A model generated the notes under the pieces. That model was given only the letters and a program-made list of their open reading frames with translations. It was not told where the DNA came from and did not search any database. A stretch of 64,000 nt of DNA from Sporopachydermia quercuum (Eukaryota), in assembly GCA_001599295.1 (NCBI GenBank), contig BCGN01000010.1:372001-436000 (forward strand), read 5' to 3'. Positions 13,599-25,580 of the stretch are shown piece after piece. The position numbers and the translations under genes are program-made. Within the stretch, counting starts at the first letter, position 1; each line of letters opens with the position of its first letter.

Positions 13599-15480
13599 AA
13601 TGAGCACAAGTATTTGGATGAATGGATACTTGCCGGCAGACTTCTCTTAGTGCTGAGGAGTTACTAAGTGTCTATTAGAGTAACTTCTAACCAGTTGAAT
13701 ATGACTATCATTAATTATTAATAAGTTGATTAGAAACGTTGATTCAGAAGAGATATTTAGGCCGTCAGTATGTGTAGATAATGGAATCTTAATGGTTTAT
13801 CATATATGGGCGCTAGTGATAGTAACGTGCACCCATAGCTGATTGCCTGTACTAAGTATGAGATAACAGCTGTAAATCGCACTCGAATGCAACAGAAATC
13901 TGGTATATAATAAATAACAAGTGTCAATATTCAGCAAGCCATTTTCAGGGCTTATAATTGTGATTTTCAGTAAATAAATTGTCTCTTATTTCTCTTATTA
14001 AGATTTTATTCAATAGGTTTGTGTATTTTGAGAAGCTCCAGGGTAGAAATGTCGGAGACCAGGTGAATCGGCTTATAGTTTCCGGTATTGGAAAGTTATG
14101 GGCATTCCGGAGACTATGTGGATAGGAATGAGCAGTATGAAGAGTGAACAATACGACACTTGAAGGGCTGCTCTATAAGAGGGAAATATATTTAGTACGA
14201 TATATCAATTATTCAATTATTAAGCAAGATCTGGGGCTGAATTGACCTTGAAAGCTTGCCCATAGCGAGTTTTCTCGTATACTATTAGATTTCCTGATTG
14301 CCCGTCTCATCCTATAAAACAAGCGATTAATACTTGTTCACATAATCCGATAATACCGGGAACAATCAGAGCACACTTTCAGGCTTTCACTCTTTCAAGC
14401 AGCNCAGTAAACCGCTGAAACTATTCGAATAAAATCAATTCAAATTCATAACAATTGCCGTACCATCAAATCTATATTTNAACACATACAATGACATCTT
14501 TCTTCCTTTCTATCCCTTTCTACGGCCTTTCATCACCTGTATACCCTGAAAGTCCAATCTACCCTTGTAAGGGCATTCTAAAGACTCATTTTCCCATGCA
14601 CACAAAACCATTACATAAGGAGCCATTTATGTGCATTTGACCATCATCAACAGAAACAACAACTCCGTTATTACTACAATTAATACTGCAATTCATACTA
14701 AAACTAAAGATAAACGCCTAGCCGACTAGCGGAAATACAGGACAATTTTTCTGTCATTTGAGAATGTTCTGCAGCGAATAGCGATCAAAACGGGTCAATT
14801 GTACTGCCACAGAAAAAGCATTGAGTAGTGANTAGGATAGAGGTTACTAGAATAATAGAGCGAATCACTGTATTAAATTAGATTAACTGTTTGAATTTTG
14901 ACACTTTTTTCTGCTAAAAAGAGGAAAACAAGGAAGGAAAACCAGGAAAAATTGATGATAATTGNTTTGAACTCAGAATCCATTCTTCCGNTTCACAGTA
15001 CATACATATTAAATTGCATTACAACGACTGATAAGGTGAGAGCAAATAATTGCACTTGAAAAAGGAAAATACTATTGTCAATAAGATATCTGGATGTTTT
15101 ATTACTATTAATATTAAGATTTACTATTGGATCTCAAGCAAGAAACAGTAGCCGTTCTCAACTGACAATTCGATTGATTAGAAGGAAAGTGTAGATTCTG
15201 ATCCTGTTGATGATAATTGAGATCAATTTAGGTAACAAGAAGAAACAGAGCAGGAGAATGTTTGCCTTCTGGCAGTAGGATAATTACCGGTATACTTTTA
15301 CAATTACTGCTAATACTTACTGTTATTATTGGTACTGTTACCGATATATAGAAGAAACAGTAAAGTACGCATAACACAGAATAACAACATAGCGTCGTTA
15401 CTAGAATCAACTATCATAATAAACAATCGAACACAGCAATAGAAAGAAAAATAACAACAGCACAACTATTGACTTTTATG

Positions 15481-15545
15481 CTACCAACAAACAACTACAA
15501 ACAACTACAAACAAACTACAAACTATCAACCAACCAACACATCAA
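15481..15545 (+). repeat. Degenerate (ACAACTACAA)n low-complexity repeat in the MIL1 leader
   Basis: aacaaacaactacaaacaactacaaacaaactacaaacta. Confidence 0.6.
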
Positions 15546-15568
15546 CAGAACTTTAACATCTATTCACA

Positions 15569-18500
15569 ATGCAAAACTCTCCTTCCGCTTCACCTTCAAG
15601 ATCCAACAGCAACTTCGATAGCATCAATACCAATATATCCTTAAACTCTTCTAGTTATATCTACAATCCTATAACCAAGCACTCATCTATATTGGCTCCT
15701 CCACCAAAGAGTCATCAGAAACCAAACCATGGCGATGTTTTCTATGGAAGTGCAGGTTCCTGCGTGAGTTTGGATGTAGCGTCAAGTGAAAGCCATATTT
15801 CTGACGCCAATTTGCTTCCACCTACTATGGCGGATAACGTTGATAGCAGCATAGGAGTCGATGGTTTACCACACCAGCAGCATTATCAACAGAATGAGCA
15901 TACAAATAAAGAGGCTGATGTTGGGAAAGATAAAAGCACTGGTGATAGTGATGGGACTGATAGGAGGAAAAGTACGGAGGTCGGTTCAGTAGATTGGAAT
16001 AACGGACCAAAATTAGAACTCAGGGTTGAAATAGGCTCTAATAACTTCCGAGATGAGAAGGGACAGAACCCCGGTGCGGGATCATTGGTTCCGGATGCTT
16101 CCGACTCCGACTCCGATTGGGAAGAAATGCCCACAGTAACAACTTACGACGCATACGACGAAAAAGGAAATAAAATCCGACAAGGAACAGATTTGCCTCG
16201 ACTAAACGAAAACACTACCTCACTTACCGATGGCGGGGCTACTCGTGGGTACACAAGAGTAGCCGTTAGCGAAGAAGCTAACGAACTTTCAAACGCTGTT
16301 GGCGAGAAAACCGATTTTTTGTTCAATTCTGTAGCTGATCGGATTTACGATGCTGATATTAACTCCGCTTCTGCCTCTGGCAAGGGCTCTGGTTCGTCCG
16401 TAACTTCGGATTCTAATGCTGACGGATTGAACCCTCAGAACCAATTAGAGGAAACTAAGCAATTGCTGCAAGACGCGGAAAGAATTGCCTATGTTGGCTT
16501 GGTTAAGGTTCTAATGTACAATATGGCTACCGAAGTTGCCAGTTTAGGAACCGCTATTTCCAAATCAAGACGATTAGCTAAAACTTTAGGTCTAACTTAT
16601 GCTAGTTACGGAAGGTGGACCCAAGGTGTTATGTACAAACTTTACCAGCACATGGGATTAACGGAAGATGAGCAGAAAATGATTGAATCGCTAGCAAATC
16701 ATGGGGTGGAGCCTGAAGATTTGGCTATAAGCCTGAAGAAGAATTTGAGGGTGGACAATCCAGGATTTAACGAAGAAAGTGGGGCAAGTGGGAAAAGCGG
16801 GGCGAAAAAGAGGGACGGGAATGAAGAACTGGAAAGGGAAATAGAAGAAGATGTAAAGGAAAAGGAGAAAAGTTTGTTTGGAGATTCGGAAATAAAATCG
16901 GATGAAGGAGGAAAACCGGATGTAATACCGGATTCTTGGAAAGAAGAGATGTCCGGTGTGAANGCCAAAAAAAATGCTGAAACGGAATCGATAGCAGAAA
17001 GTTTTACATCATCCTTTGATTTGGGAGAACGTCCAAACACTATTCCGGAAACTATTCCCGGGCATCCCAATATTGATAATGATATTGCTTCCGCTTCTTC
17101 TTTCACTTCTTCTTCCGATGTTAATTCAATTGCATCTCTTCCGTCCCCAGAATACGTTTCCGATATCAAAACTCCAGAAGAAATATCAAACCTCAGAAAA
17201 CTGGACATCGATGTCCCTTGGACAGTTGTATGCGATCTTTTCCTGGTCCTGTTATCAGACGCTCTCTACGACTCAAGGTCCCGGACGCTTCTCAAGAAGG
17301 TTGGCAACACATTAGGAATAACGAACATTGAAATATGTGAGTTTGAAAGAAGAGTTACGGACACTTTAGAAGTCAACGATACACTAGAGCAAAACTGGGA
17401 TGAAACGAAAATCTTAGATAAAAGACGGAAATCGGCTCGAAAGAAGAAATACATGTATGTCGGCTTAGCCACACTTGGTGGTGGCTTAGTTATCGGTCTG
17501 TCCGCAGGGTTATTAGCACCAGTTATTGGAGCGGGTTTAGCTGCTGGTCTAACAACAGTAGGAATAACCGGAACTTCAGGGTTTCTAGCTGGCGCTGGTG
17601 GCGCAGCAATTGTCACTACCACCGGAGCAGCTGTCGGAGCCCGAATCGGATCAACCGGAATGATGCATAGAATGGGTAGTGTTCGGACCTTTGAATTCCG
17701 TCCCCTACATAATAATAAACGGGTAAGCCTTATTATCACCGTGTCCGGATGGCTGATGTCTAAAGAAGATGATGTCCGGTTGCCATTCTCAACAATTGAC
17801 CCCGTTCATGGCGATTTATACTCGGTTTTGTGGGAACCAGAAATGCTAACATCTATGGGTGAAACTATTAATATTTTAGCGAAAGAAGTCCTCACCCAAT
17901 CTGTCCAACAGGTTTTAGGCTCAACTGTCCTGATAGCCTTGATGTCCGCTATTCAATGGCCCATGATGCTGTCCAAACTGGGGTACATCCTGGATAACCC
18001 ATGGAATGTGTCTCTAGACAGAGCTTGGGCAGCCGGTTTGGTGCTAGCGGACACCCTAGTTGCTCGGAACCTCGGAGTTCGGCCAATTACTCTTCTCGGC
18101 TTTTCTCTCGGAGCTCGGATGATTTATTCCTGTTTGATCGAATTAGCTAGAAGAGGAGCTTATGGTATAATAGAAAACGTCTACATATTCGGATCTCCAT
18201 TAGTAGTAAACCGGGACCAATTCGGACTGGCCCGCGCAGTCGTTTCGGGTCGGTTTGTCAACGGATATTCACAGAAAGATTGGATTTTAGGTTACTTGTT
18301 TCGGGCTACAGCCGGTGGCTTGGGCAGGATCAGTGGCTTAGCTCCTGTTGAGGGGATCCTCGGCGTTGAAAACTTCGACTGTACAGAATACGTAGAAGGA
18401 CACATGTACTATCGGAAGGCTATGCCGGTCATATTATCAAAGCTCGGATGGTCGGTTACTTCTGAAGAGTTTACCGAGGTTTATAATCCTAATCCGGAGG

Positions 18501-19342
18501 ACGAAAATGAGCAAAGGAGGCTGATATTAGAGTTTGATGAGGCACTGAGGCATGAGGACGAACGGAAGAAAAAANGACGGAGCAAATGGCTCCGGTGGAT
18601 GAAGCCGGATAAGAAGGAATGGTGGGAAATGTATAAGCGGGCGGATGAGGATTTGAAGCACCGGAAAGATGAAGAAGGGGCTGAGGAGGTTGAAGCGAGT
18701 GGGGAGGCGCAACCAAATCCGGCAAAGACTGAATTTGAGGCAGAAGAGGCTGGAAATGCAAACTCAAAGAAAGACCAAAAGGAGAAATCTGATAGTGAAA
18801 AGGGAAATGTGGGAGGTTTAGAGGAAGATATATCCTTGTTTGATGTGGCTGCATTACGCCGAGAAGTTGCGGCTATAGCCACCAATCCGGAATTAGAATC
18901 CCGTTCGGGAAATGAGTTACAGAACTCTAATAGCGTAAACTCCCCAATTGGGCAACTACCGGAAGATGATTTGGAAGAATATCTTAATAGCTCTCAGTTG
19001 AGTTTAAACGAAATGGGAGATTTCGACTTGAGTTCTCAACCAGGAAATAGTATCCGAGAGCTTAGGTTACCCTCAAGATCGGGAAATATGGCCAATAAGG
19101 TTAATATTCTGCCGGNTAATCGATCTAATACGGTAAATGCAGCTTCCGCAACGGAAACTCCTACTGAATCGAGTGATCAATTCCAAAAACAAGCCGAAAG
19201 AGACCGGGAACCCGAACCGGCACTGGAGTTGGAAGCGGAAGAGGACCTAGAAAAGGAAAAAGAGCCGAAAGCACTCCGGAGTTTTCATCTCAAACCCGAA
19301 AAAATGCATGNGAAAGCATTCAGTCAAGAAAAGGAGAAGTAA
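15569..19342 (+). CDS. MIL1: DUF726/TMCO4 family membrane protein with lipase-like motif (Mil1/YFL034W-like)
   Basis: YDSRSRTLL, GLATLGGGLVIGLSAGLLAP, LDNPWNVSLDRAW, RPITLLGFSLGAR (GxSxG) and EGHMYYR. Confidence 0.9.
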   Translation: MQNSPSASPSRSNSNFDSINTNISLNSSSYIYNPITKHSSILAPPPKSHQKPNHGDVFYGSAGSCVSLDVASSESHISDANLLPPTMADNVDSSIGVDGLPHQQHYQQNEHTNKEADVGKDKSTGDSDGTDRRKSTEVGSVDWNNGPKLELRVEIGSNNFRDEKGQNPGAGSLVPDASDSDSDWEEMPTVTTYDAYDEKGNKIRQGTDLPRLNENTTSLTDGGATRGYTRVAVSEEANELSNAVGEKTDFLFNSVADRIYDADINSASASGKGSGSSVTSDSNADGLNPQNQLEETKQLLQDAERIAYVGLVKVLMYNMATEVASLGTAISKSRRLAKTLGLTYASYGRWTQGVMYKLYQHMGLTEDEQKMIESLANHGVEPEDLAISLKKNLRVDNPGFNEESGASGKSGAKKRDGNEELEREIEEDVKEKEKSLFGDSEIKSDEGGKPDVIPDSWKEEMSGVXAKKNAETESIAESFTSSFDLGERPNTIPETIPGHPNIDNDIASASSFTSSSDVNSIASLPSPEYVSDIKTPEEISNLRKLDIDVPWTVVCDLFLVLLSDALYDSRSRTLLKKVGNTLGITNIEICEFERRVTDTLEVNDTLEQNWDETKILDKRRKSARKKKYMYVGLATLGGGLVIGLSAGLLAPVIGAGLAAGLTTVGITGTSGFLAGAGGAAIVTTTGAAVGARIGSTGMMHRMGSVRTFEFRPLHNNKRVSLIITVSGWLMSKEDDVRLPFSTIDPVHGDLYSVLWEPEMLTSMGETINILAKEVLTQSVQQVLGSTVLIALMSAIQWPMMLSKLGYILDNPWNVSLDRAWAAGLVLADTLVARNLGVRPITLLGFSLGARMIYSCLIELARRGAYGIIENVYIFGSPLVVNRDQFGLARAVVSGRFVNGYSQKDWILGYLFRATAGGLGRISGLAPVEGILGVENFDCTEYVEGHMYYRKAMPVILSKLGWSVTSEEFTEVYNPNPEDENEQRRLILEFDEALRHEDERKKKXRSKWLRWMKPDKKEWWEMYKRADEDLKHRKDEEGAEEVEASGEAQPNPAKTEFEAEEAGNANSKKDQKEKSDSEKGNVGGLEEDISLFDVAALRREVAAIATNPELESRSGNELQNSNSVNSPIGQLPEDDLEEYLNSSQLSLNEMGDFDLSSQPGNSIRELRLPSRSGNMANKVNILPXNRSNTVNAASATETPTESSDQFQKQAERDREPEPALELEAEEDLEKEKEPKALRSFHLKPEKMHXKAFSQEKEK

Positions 19343-21486
19343 ACTTCCAATTGAGAAAGATTGGAATTCGGGGAATTCTCGGTATATTACAGAGCTTGAC
19401 GATACCAACTATAATCCCAATATAAACAGCCGTAAGAACAAGTAAACAGCTAACAAGTCGATGAATCGTCAACTTGATTATGAGAAATTTGAATGTGGAG
19501 GTGATTTGGGTGGCATAGATTTTGGAAATGTTTGTTTAATAACTGGAATATGAACAAATGAATGAATAAATGAAGGTATAAATGATTGGTATTATCTGCC
19601 ATTTGATTTCTGACAGTGTCATAATTAGTTAACTGGTTAGATGGTTCTACCATCATTTAGCTCTCTTGATGACTTTAATTCGTTATTATTCTAACTCCGA
19701 TTCCCGTTCTATGTGATTTAACAATATTACCGAAGTAACCAATCACTGATATATTATAGCAATTGATCATTGACGGGTACGCCATCAGCCGGTAGTGATA
19801 AGAATGCGAGATATATCATTGAAATAACTACGTAGCGGTCTGTTTATACAACAATATTAATCATTTAATATATTACCCACTATTCATATATTTACTGTTA
19901 TTACTAGTATCATTATGGGTACTATCACCAGATTATAATGATCCATCAAGTCTTTTAGATAGTTTTACTCAAGTAAGAACTAATTATTTCCGCTTTTGAA
20001 ATCAGGGTTATCGTTATTGTGGATTAGCTCTTTCTGGCTCAAATCTCGAACATATTAATACTGGTCCTATTGTGAATTTTCATTTTTCCCTTGATAACCA
20101 TTTGGTTACTCTTCAATGAATCAAATAGAAGCGCTATGTTGATAAATAATGCTTGCTATAAAGGATTGATCCTAAGGCCATTATGTTAAAATATCATGAT
20201 AGAACTCCATTTATGGTCGCTGGCTGAATTATACTCACTGGCATACTTTCCCTTAATGAAGAGCATTATTCTATTGAACAGTTCTCCAGTGATCAAACTG
20301 CACCAACGGCAAGAAATGTTTGATTGTTAGTTATCGGTTAGTATTGTCACGGGTATTAATCATTTATTATATATAGGTTGGCATTATCAGGATTATGGTA
20401 GTTTACTATTTTTCATTAATTTATAGTAATTAGATGACCATGCTAGTGTTATGTCAGCTATTGATGGATTAATATATAACCAATGCAGAATAATGTTCGT
20501 CTTATCTCTTCTATTATTNTAGATTATGGGATCAATCAATGTTTATAACTATATGGACTATCTTATAATGCTATTATAAATATCAGATAAATAATATGAA
20601 TATAAAGACTATTGAATATAGATAGCTATCTTACTTAACAATGTAACTATTGTCTAATAATAAGGGTATCCCTGTTTTTCTATAGCTGAGTGAAAGACAT
20701 TAGTTTATAGGTTATAAGGAAGAAGATTAGGACCATACNTTGTATTGATAACAAGTAGTAATTTAATCAAGTCTCTGAAATAAACTATCGATAATAGTAT
20801 TGGTATTCTATGATCTGGAGTAATATCTCGGTACAAATAATAGGTTCATGATAGATCGATAGACTTGTCTAGGTAGATGGTGTTCGTACGCATTAGTATG
20901 TTAATAACGTTTGCTCGATAGAGCCAATGACTTCATCTAACAGAGCTGAATTGTTATTGGGTGTTAAATACAAATAGTTCTTTGCCACTTTTGTTTATAT
21001 TCACAACAAATCTATTACTATTATTACTATTGAAAAGATACAATCATACAGAATATCATTCTGGCGAGATTTACGGAGATGGCCATAGAAACTANTCTAT
21101 CTCCTATTTTATTCCTTATTGGTCATCATCCTTCTTAGCTGCCTTCTTTCTAATCTCATGCTCCAGTTACTATTTGACTATTATTAATGTAGGTAACGTG
21201 CCAATGATAACATAGTAACCATTTATTTGATCAAATTGTATAAGGGTATCTCGTCCTTTGTAGCCAGCATATCTTACTTCAACAAAATAGAAATCATCAC
21301 ATAGTAACAACTATGTCCTTGGTAGGGGACTTCATCAACTACCCTTTGCTCTGCTACTAACCATCACTTGTAACCCTTCCCCTATCCTTCAACAATACAA
21401 CAACAATCCATTGCTTCTTCGTTCTTCTCCTATCACTACTTTTATCATCATTCTAGTCATATAACTATTCCGATTGCTCAAATTCT

Positions 21487-22584
21487 CTAATCATAAAATA
21501 CCCGATCAGCTGGTGCATATCCGCTGAATTCCCATGGGAATAATGGTGGAGGAAGATCAGCTGGTCGGGCATTGGGATCTACTGGTTCGACAGAGGTCTC
21601 AACTCTTGACTCTTCAGTCCATGATCTTGTAGCGGTTTCAGGGTCAAAACTAGCGGCTTCAGCTCCTGTGTTTACTGGTGGGGGTCTTCTTGTTGCATCC
21701 CAAGCATTAGCTGGTGGGGCAATTATCTTATCAGGATCATATAACGATAAAACTTTCAAAGCATTGGTTATCTCGTTATCTTCAGTTACAACTTGACCTA
21801 ATGCTTCCTTTGGTGAATAATGTTTGGAGAAAACTGACCACCATTTAGCTAGAAGTTCATCATAAGCACTATCACCATTTCCACTAGGGAGCTGTCTCCA
21901 TGGTTTAATTGACCCAATGAAATGAGTGATTTTGATAAGAGATTTAAACCGTCTATAAGCTGGAACGTACTGATATGATGCTGATGGCGTCACGTTGTAA
22001 GTGAAAGGTAATCTAAGCCAATTAGGGAAAAACTCATTCAATAATCCTTGATCAGCGCCATCAAAAGAAACTGACTCATTCGTCTCTGAGGCCAGAATGA
22101 CTTTATCTCTTAGAGCCGAAAACAATTTACTTGATGGGGTAGTGACAAAAAATCCTGAATTGAAAATATCGGGCCAGCCTGAATCTGGGGCNGCATAGAT
22201 TGTTTTACCTTCTTCTTCATTGAGCTCTAAATCAAATAAATGATCTAATGGTTGAAGAGGTAAAGTGTCTGCATCCAGAAATACAATTCTATCGAATTGT
22301 CTTTGGTTCCAAATAAAAATCTTTGTATAGGTAGCAGCTAATTCTGGTCGATCTAACAAAGCCAGATTGATAGCAGATTCTTGTGAGGTGTTTACAACAG
22401 TAGAAACTGGGATAATATGGCCAAATACATTAGCTAGTTGAGATTTGGCGTTCTCTGAGACGTCATCAGTTACTAGAACTGCTAACTCACTTTCAGTGCC
22501 TAAATCTTTTAGAGCATGCCCCACGACGAGAGCTCCTGGAAGATAGGAGTCTGAGTATAATAGGGTAAGGTAAGCATTAACCAT
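21487..22584 (-). CDS. GLG1: Glycogenin (self-glucosylating initiator of glycogen synthesis, GT8)
   Basis: AYLTLL..DSYLPGALV, FLDADTL (DxD), APDSGWPDIFNSG, SFDGADQGLLN, YQYVPAY, HFIG.IKPW and C-terminal LFPWE. Confidence 0.93.
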   Translation of the reverse strand: MVNAYLTLLYSDSYLPGALVVGHALKDLGTESELAVLVTDDVSENAKSQLANVFGHIIPVSTVVNTSQESAINLALLDRPELAATYTKIFIWNQRQFDRIVFLDADTLPLQPLDHLFDLELNEEEGKTIYXAPDSGWPDIFNSGFFVTTPSSKLFSALRDKVILASETNESVSFDGADQGLLNEFFPNWLRLPFTYNVTPSASYQYVPAYRRFKSLIKITHFIGSIKPWRQLPSGNGDSAYDELLAKWWSVFSKHYSPKEALGQVVTEDNEITNALKVLSLYDPDKIIAPPANAWDATRRPPPVNTGAEAASFDPETATRSWTEESRVETSVEPVDPNARPADLPPPLFPWEFSGYAPADRVFYD

Positions 22585-22780
22585 TGGGAGTATGTTTCTT
22601 TAGTTTGAATGTCTGATGATGAGATCTGTCGCCGTCTCTCAGTTGAGTGCTGGACTCTTGCTGATGGCCGTATTACGCGCTGGTTAGATAACAGGGCAAG
22701 AGAAGATACAAGACGATTAGCCTTTATAGAGGAAAGTGTCTCGTGAAGAGCGAAAACAAGTTGATAGCAAGCAAGAAACA

Positions 22781-22812
22781 ACAACAGAGAAACAGAGAAA
22801 CAGAGAAACAAA
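22781..22812 (+). repeat. (AACAGAGA)3 short tandem repeat within a purine-rich tract upstream of glycogenin
   Basis: acaacagagaaacagagaaacagagaaacaaa. Confidence 0.6.
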
Positions 22813-25580
22813 AAGCACAAAGAAAACGGGAAGAAAAGGAGAGCAAGTTATTGGTGATAGGAAAGAGAAGAAGAAAACAAAGAGGAGACGATTGAGTAGA
22901 AAGAGGACATAACTAAACAAAGAGAGGCAGACAAAACGATGATGCATGAAAAGCAAGCTAGCGACAAGAAGTTTAATACAGCTTAGTATGTACATGTGAC
23001 GTATAAAATGCTATCTTAAATAAGGTTTAAGTATTTTAATTAGAGAATGATAAGGATAGTGCATGATATGTGCATGATTGCCCAAGGGAGGAATTCGTAG
23101 TACCTACTGACTGATAGAGGCCAATTTATTGAGAGATGATGGGAGAGTCAAGATTGTGACCAAGTCTGTTTATCTGATGTAATAGAGGTAGAATTATAAC
23201 ATATCAAGAGAGCTTAGTATGGAATTGTTAGAACTATAAAATAATACATGGAACTATGGCCATTTTCTATTTAATAATTTAGCTTTAAGTTCGTCTATTT
23301 GAAAATAGGGTTTGAACTCTAATTTAGACGAGTAAGGTGGAGGCTTCAATTTTCCCTTGCATGAAGGTGCTGATTCCTGGAAGCTTATTTCCTCCTTTGA
23401 CTATCTAATTGATCGATATATGAAAAGAATTACTATAAAAAATGATTAGATGTAAAATCGTAATCAAAGATTGAACCATTCTGTCAAAAGCTGTTTATTG
23501 GAGTCTTCATGAATGCAGAACTATTCAATTGTACGAACTGGTTATTCTCACTTCTTTTCAATCATAGCGCTCATTCTATTATTAGAAATCAATTCAGCAA
23601 CTGCAGAGTTGTAGAAAGTCCCAGGAATAAAACATTGTCGCAGCATCATGTTTTATCTTCAAAAGCAACCTTTATTTCTTATTGCATAGATTGAGTTCTG
23701 TATTATATATGATTTGATCTATCAATGTTGGTAATAAATCTAAATGAGCAAATTGATTAGTTTCATTGTGCTTCTTTATCACGAATTTCACTATCTTAGT
23801 ATAAACTGTCAAGAAGGGTCTGGATCAGTTCTATTCTAAGCATCACTATAGAACGCTTGTGACAAAGTATTAGTAATAGAAGGTATAAGAAAGAAGGGAA
23901 AGAAATACTATTTATTAGACATAAAAGAACAAAGTAAACGGTGAATATAACAGAGCTGCAGATTAAAGTATAATTCGGCAGAACGTGCAGTTATAGTTGG
24001 TGGATTAGAAGAGTCCTGATGATAATTAATAGTAAGTGCAGATCTGATGGATCAATCCTGAAACGGAAGCCTTTTCTTTGATTTCTGGCATATGGTAAAT
24101 ATTTAGTTTTATTCCGATTACCTCCGCAAAATAGTGTAGTAGTGCTACTTATTAAAGAAGTCCATGATTTTCTTGATTTGCAGGTAAACGATCAGTCATT
24201 CTATCAACTTTCTTCTTTTCTTCTCATTGTTCTGCCAAGCTAGTAAAGGTTGATGGCGCAGCAAGGATCTTAAGGGACATCATCTCTTCTTCAACACTTC
24301 ACTTTACAATACGACTCATTCCAGCAGCCCCTTACTATTCTCTCTCGCTTTATTTCTCATTTCTGATAACTAATAGTNTTCCCACCGATTTTAACTAGAA
24401 AAGGGAAAAAATAAAGGCTGCAGGGCAAAAACTATAATAATAGAACGGTAATTCCGAGTTCCTTTTTTGCTTCTCATACTTTCACTCTTGAACTCCAAAA
24501 GTCATAATTATGTCTTGTTCTATAATTCCCCAAACTAAATGATTGTATTATATAAAATAAAATAACAACCATCATCTCTTGCGAATAGTAAAAATCCAAT
24601 CATCAATCAATATCGTTCTTTATGATAAAGATGATATGTTTCAGATGATCAAGAGAAAATTATGTAATCCAATTTTAAACTCAACGGTTCAGTTCCAAAT
24701 ANAGTAATTCAGAGTTTGGTTGGTGAGAATCTTAACTTTAAATTATTTATCTGGCGTTTCCCGATTGAGTACTTAATATATTAATGAAGAGTATAGTCAA
24801 GTAGCAGGAAACTCAGGCAATTAAGCTATTTAACAGAAAGCTTTTTTATTTCTATCCGGAAAATTTAGTTGTACTTNTATTTAAGAAGTGAATCCCATCT
24901 TTACCTATTAACTCCGATTGTCATACCCGCTGAAGACTCAAATAACGTTTGAACCTTAGCTTGTCATTGCCCAAAGTCCAAGAAAACCTTAATTTAAATA
25001 AAGTATTTCAAGAGTCCAGACCCTCAGTTGAGGGTCTCATTACTATATATATAGATCAATTTCTCACTTGTTTTTACTTCTTTTTCATACGGATCTCCAC
25101 TGGTTTTACTCTTTTTGATCTTGATCTTGATCCGGTTTCATTCTCTAACAAACTGATTTCTTTATTCATTTGAAGTTTTTGAGATCCTATAGTTCTCAAT
25201 AACGAGAAATACGGTACACTGGTATTTCTCTGGACTTCTCAACATTCCAATCCATTTTCAAGCTTCAGTTTCAGGCAATAGCCGAATCATNAGTATTTCG
25301 GAGCAGTTTCTTTTGTTCTTCGTGACATGCCTCCAGCATTGGACATATAGGTAGTTCTATTTTATTAATGACTATTCTGTCAGACAAAAAAGGGGGGTTT
25401 TCATTAAAAACATTCAGTTTAGGTGTTTTTTACTTATAATTTTGCACAATAGTTGGTTATAACATTACCGCAGCTCCGGAGCTTCTATAAAAACTTAACA
25501 TAGACAAGCGCTAGAACACTATCACGTTCTACAGCATTAGCAATATTAAGACTAAGCAAAGGGTCTTATTTTGAACCATT

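Noticed and set aside
19305..19445. Frameshift at the N near the MIL1 3' end giving a longer C-terminus
   Set aside because: Other Ns behave as substitutions and the annotated frame closes normally. The alternative frames match nothing I recognise.
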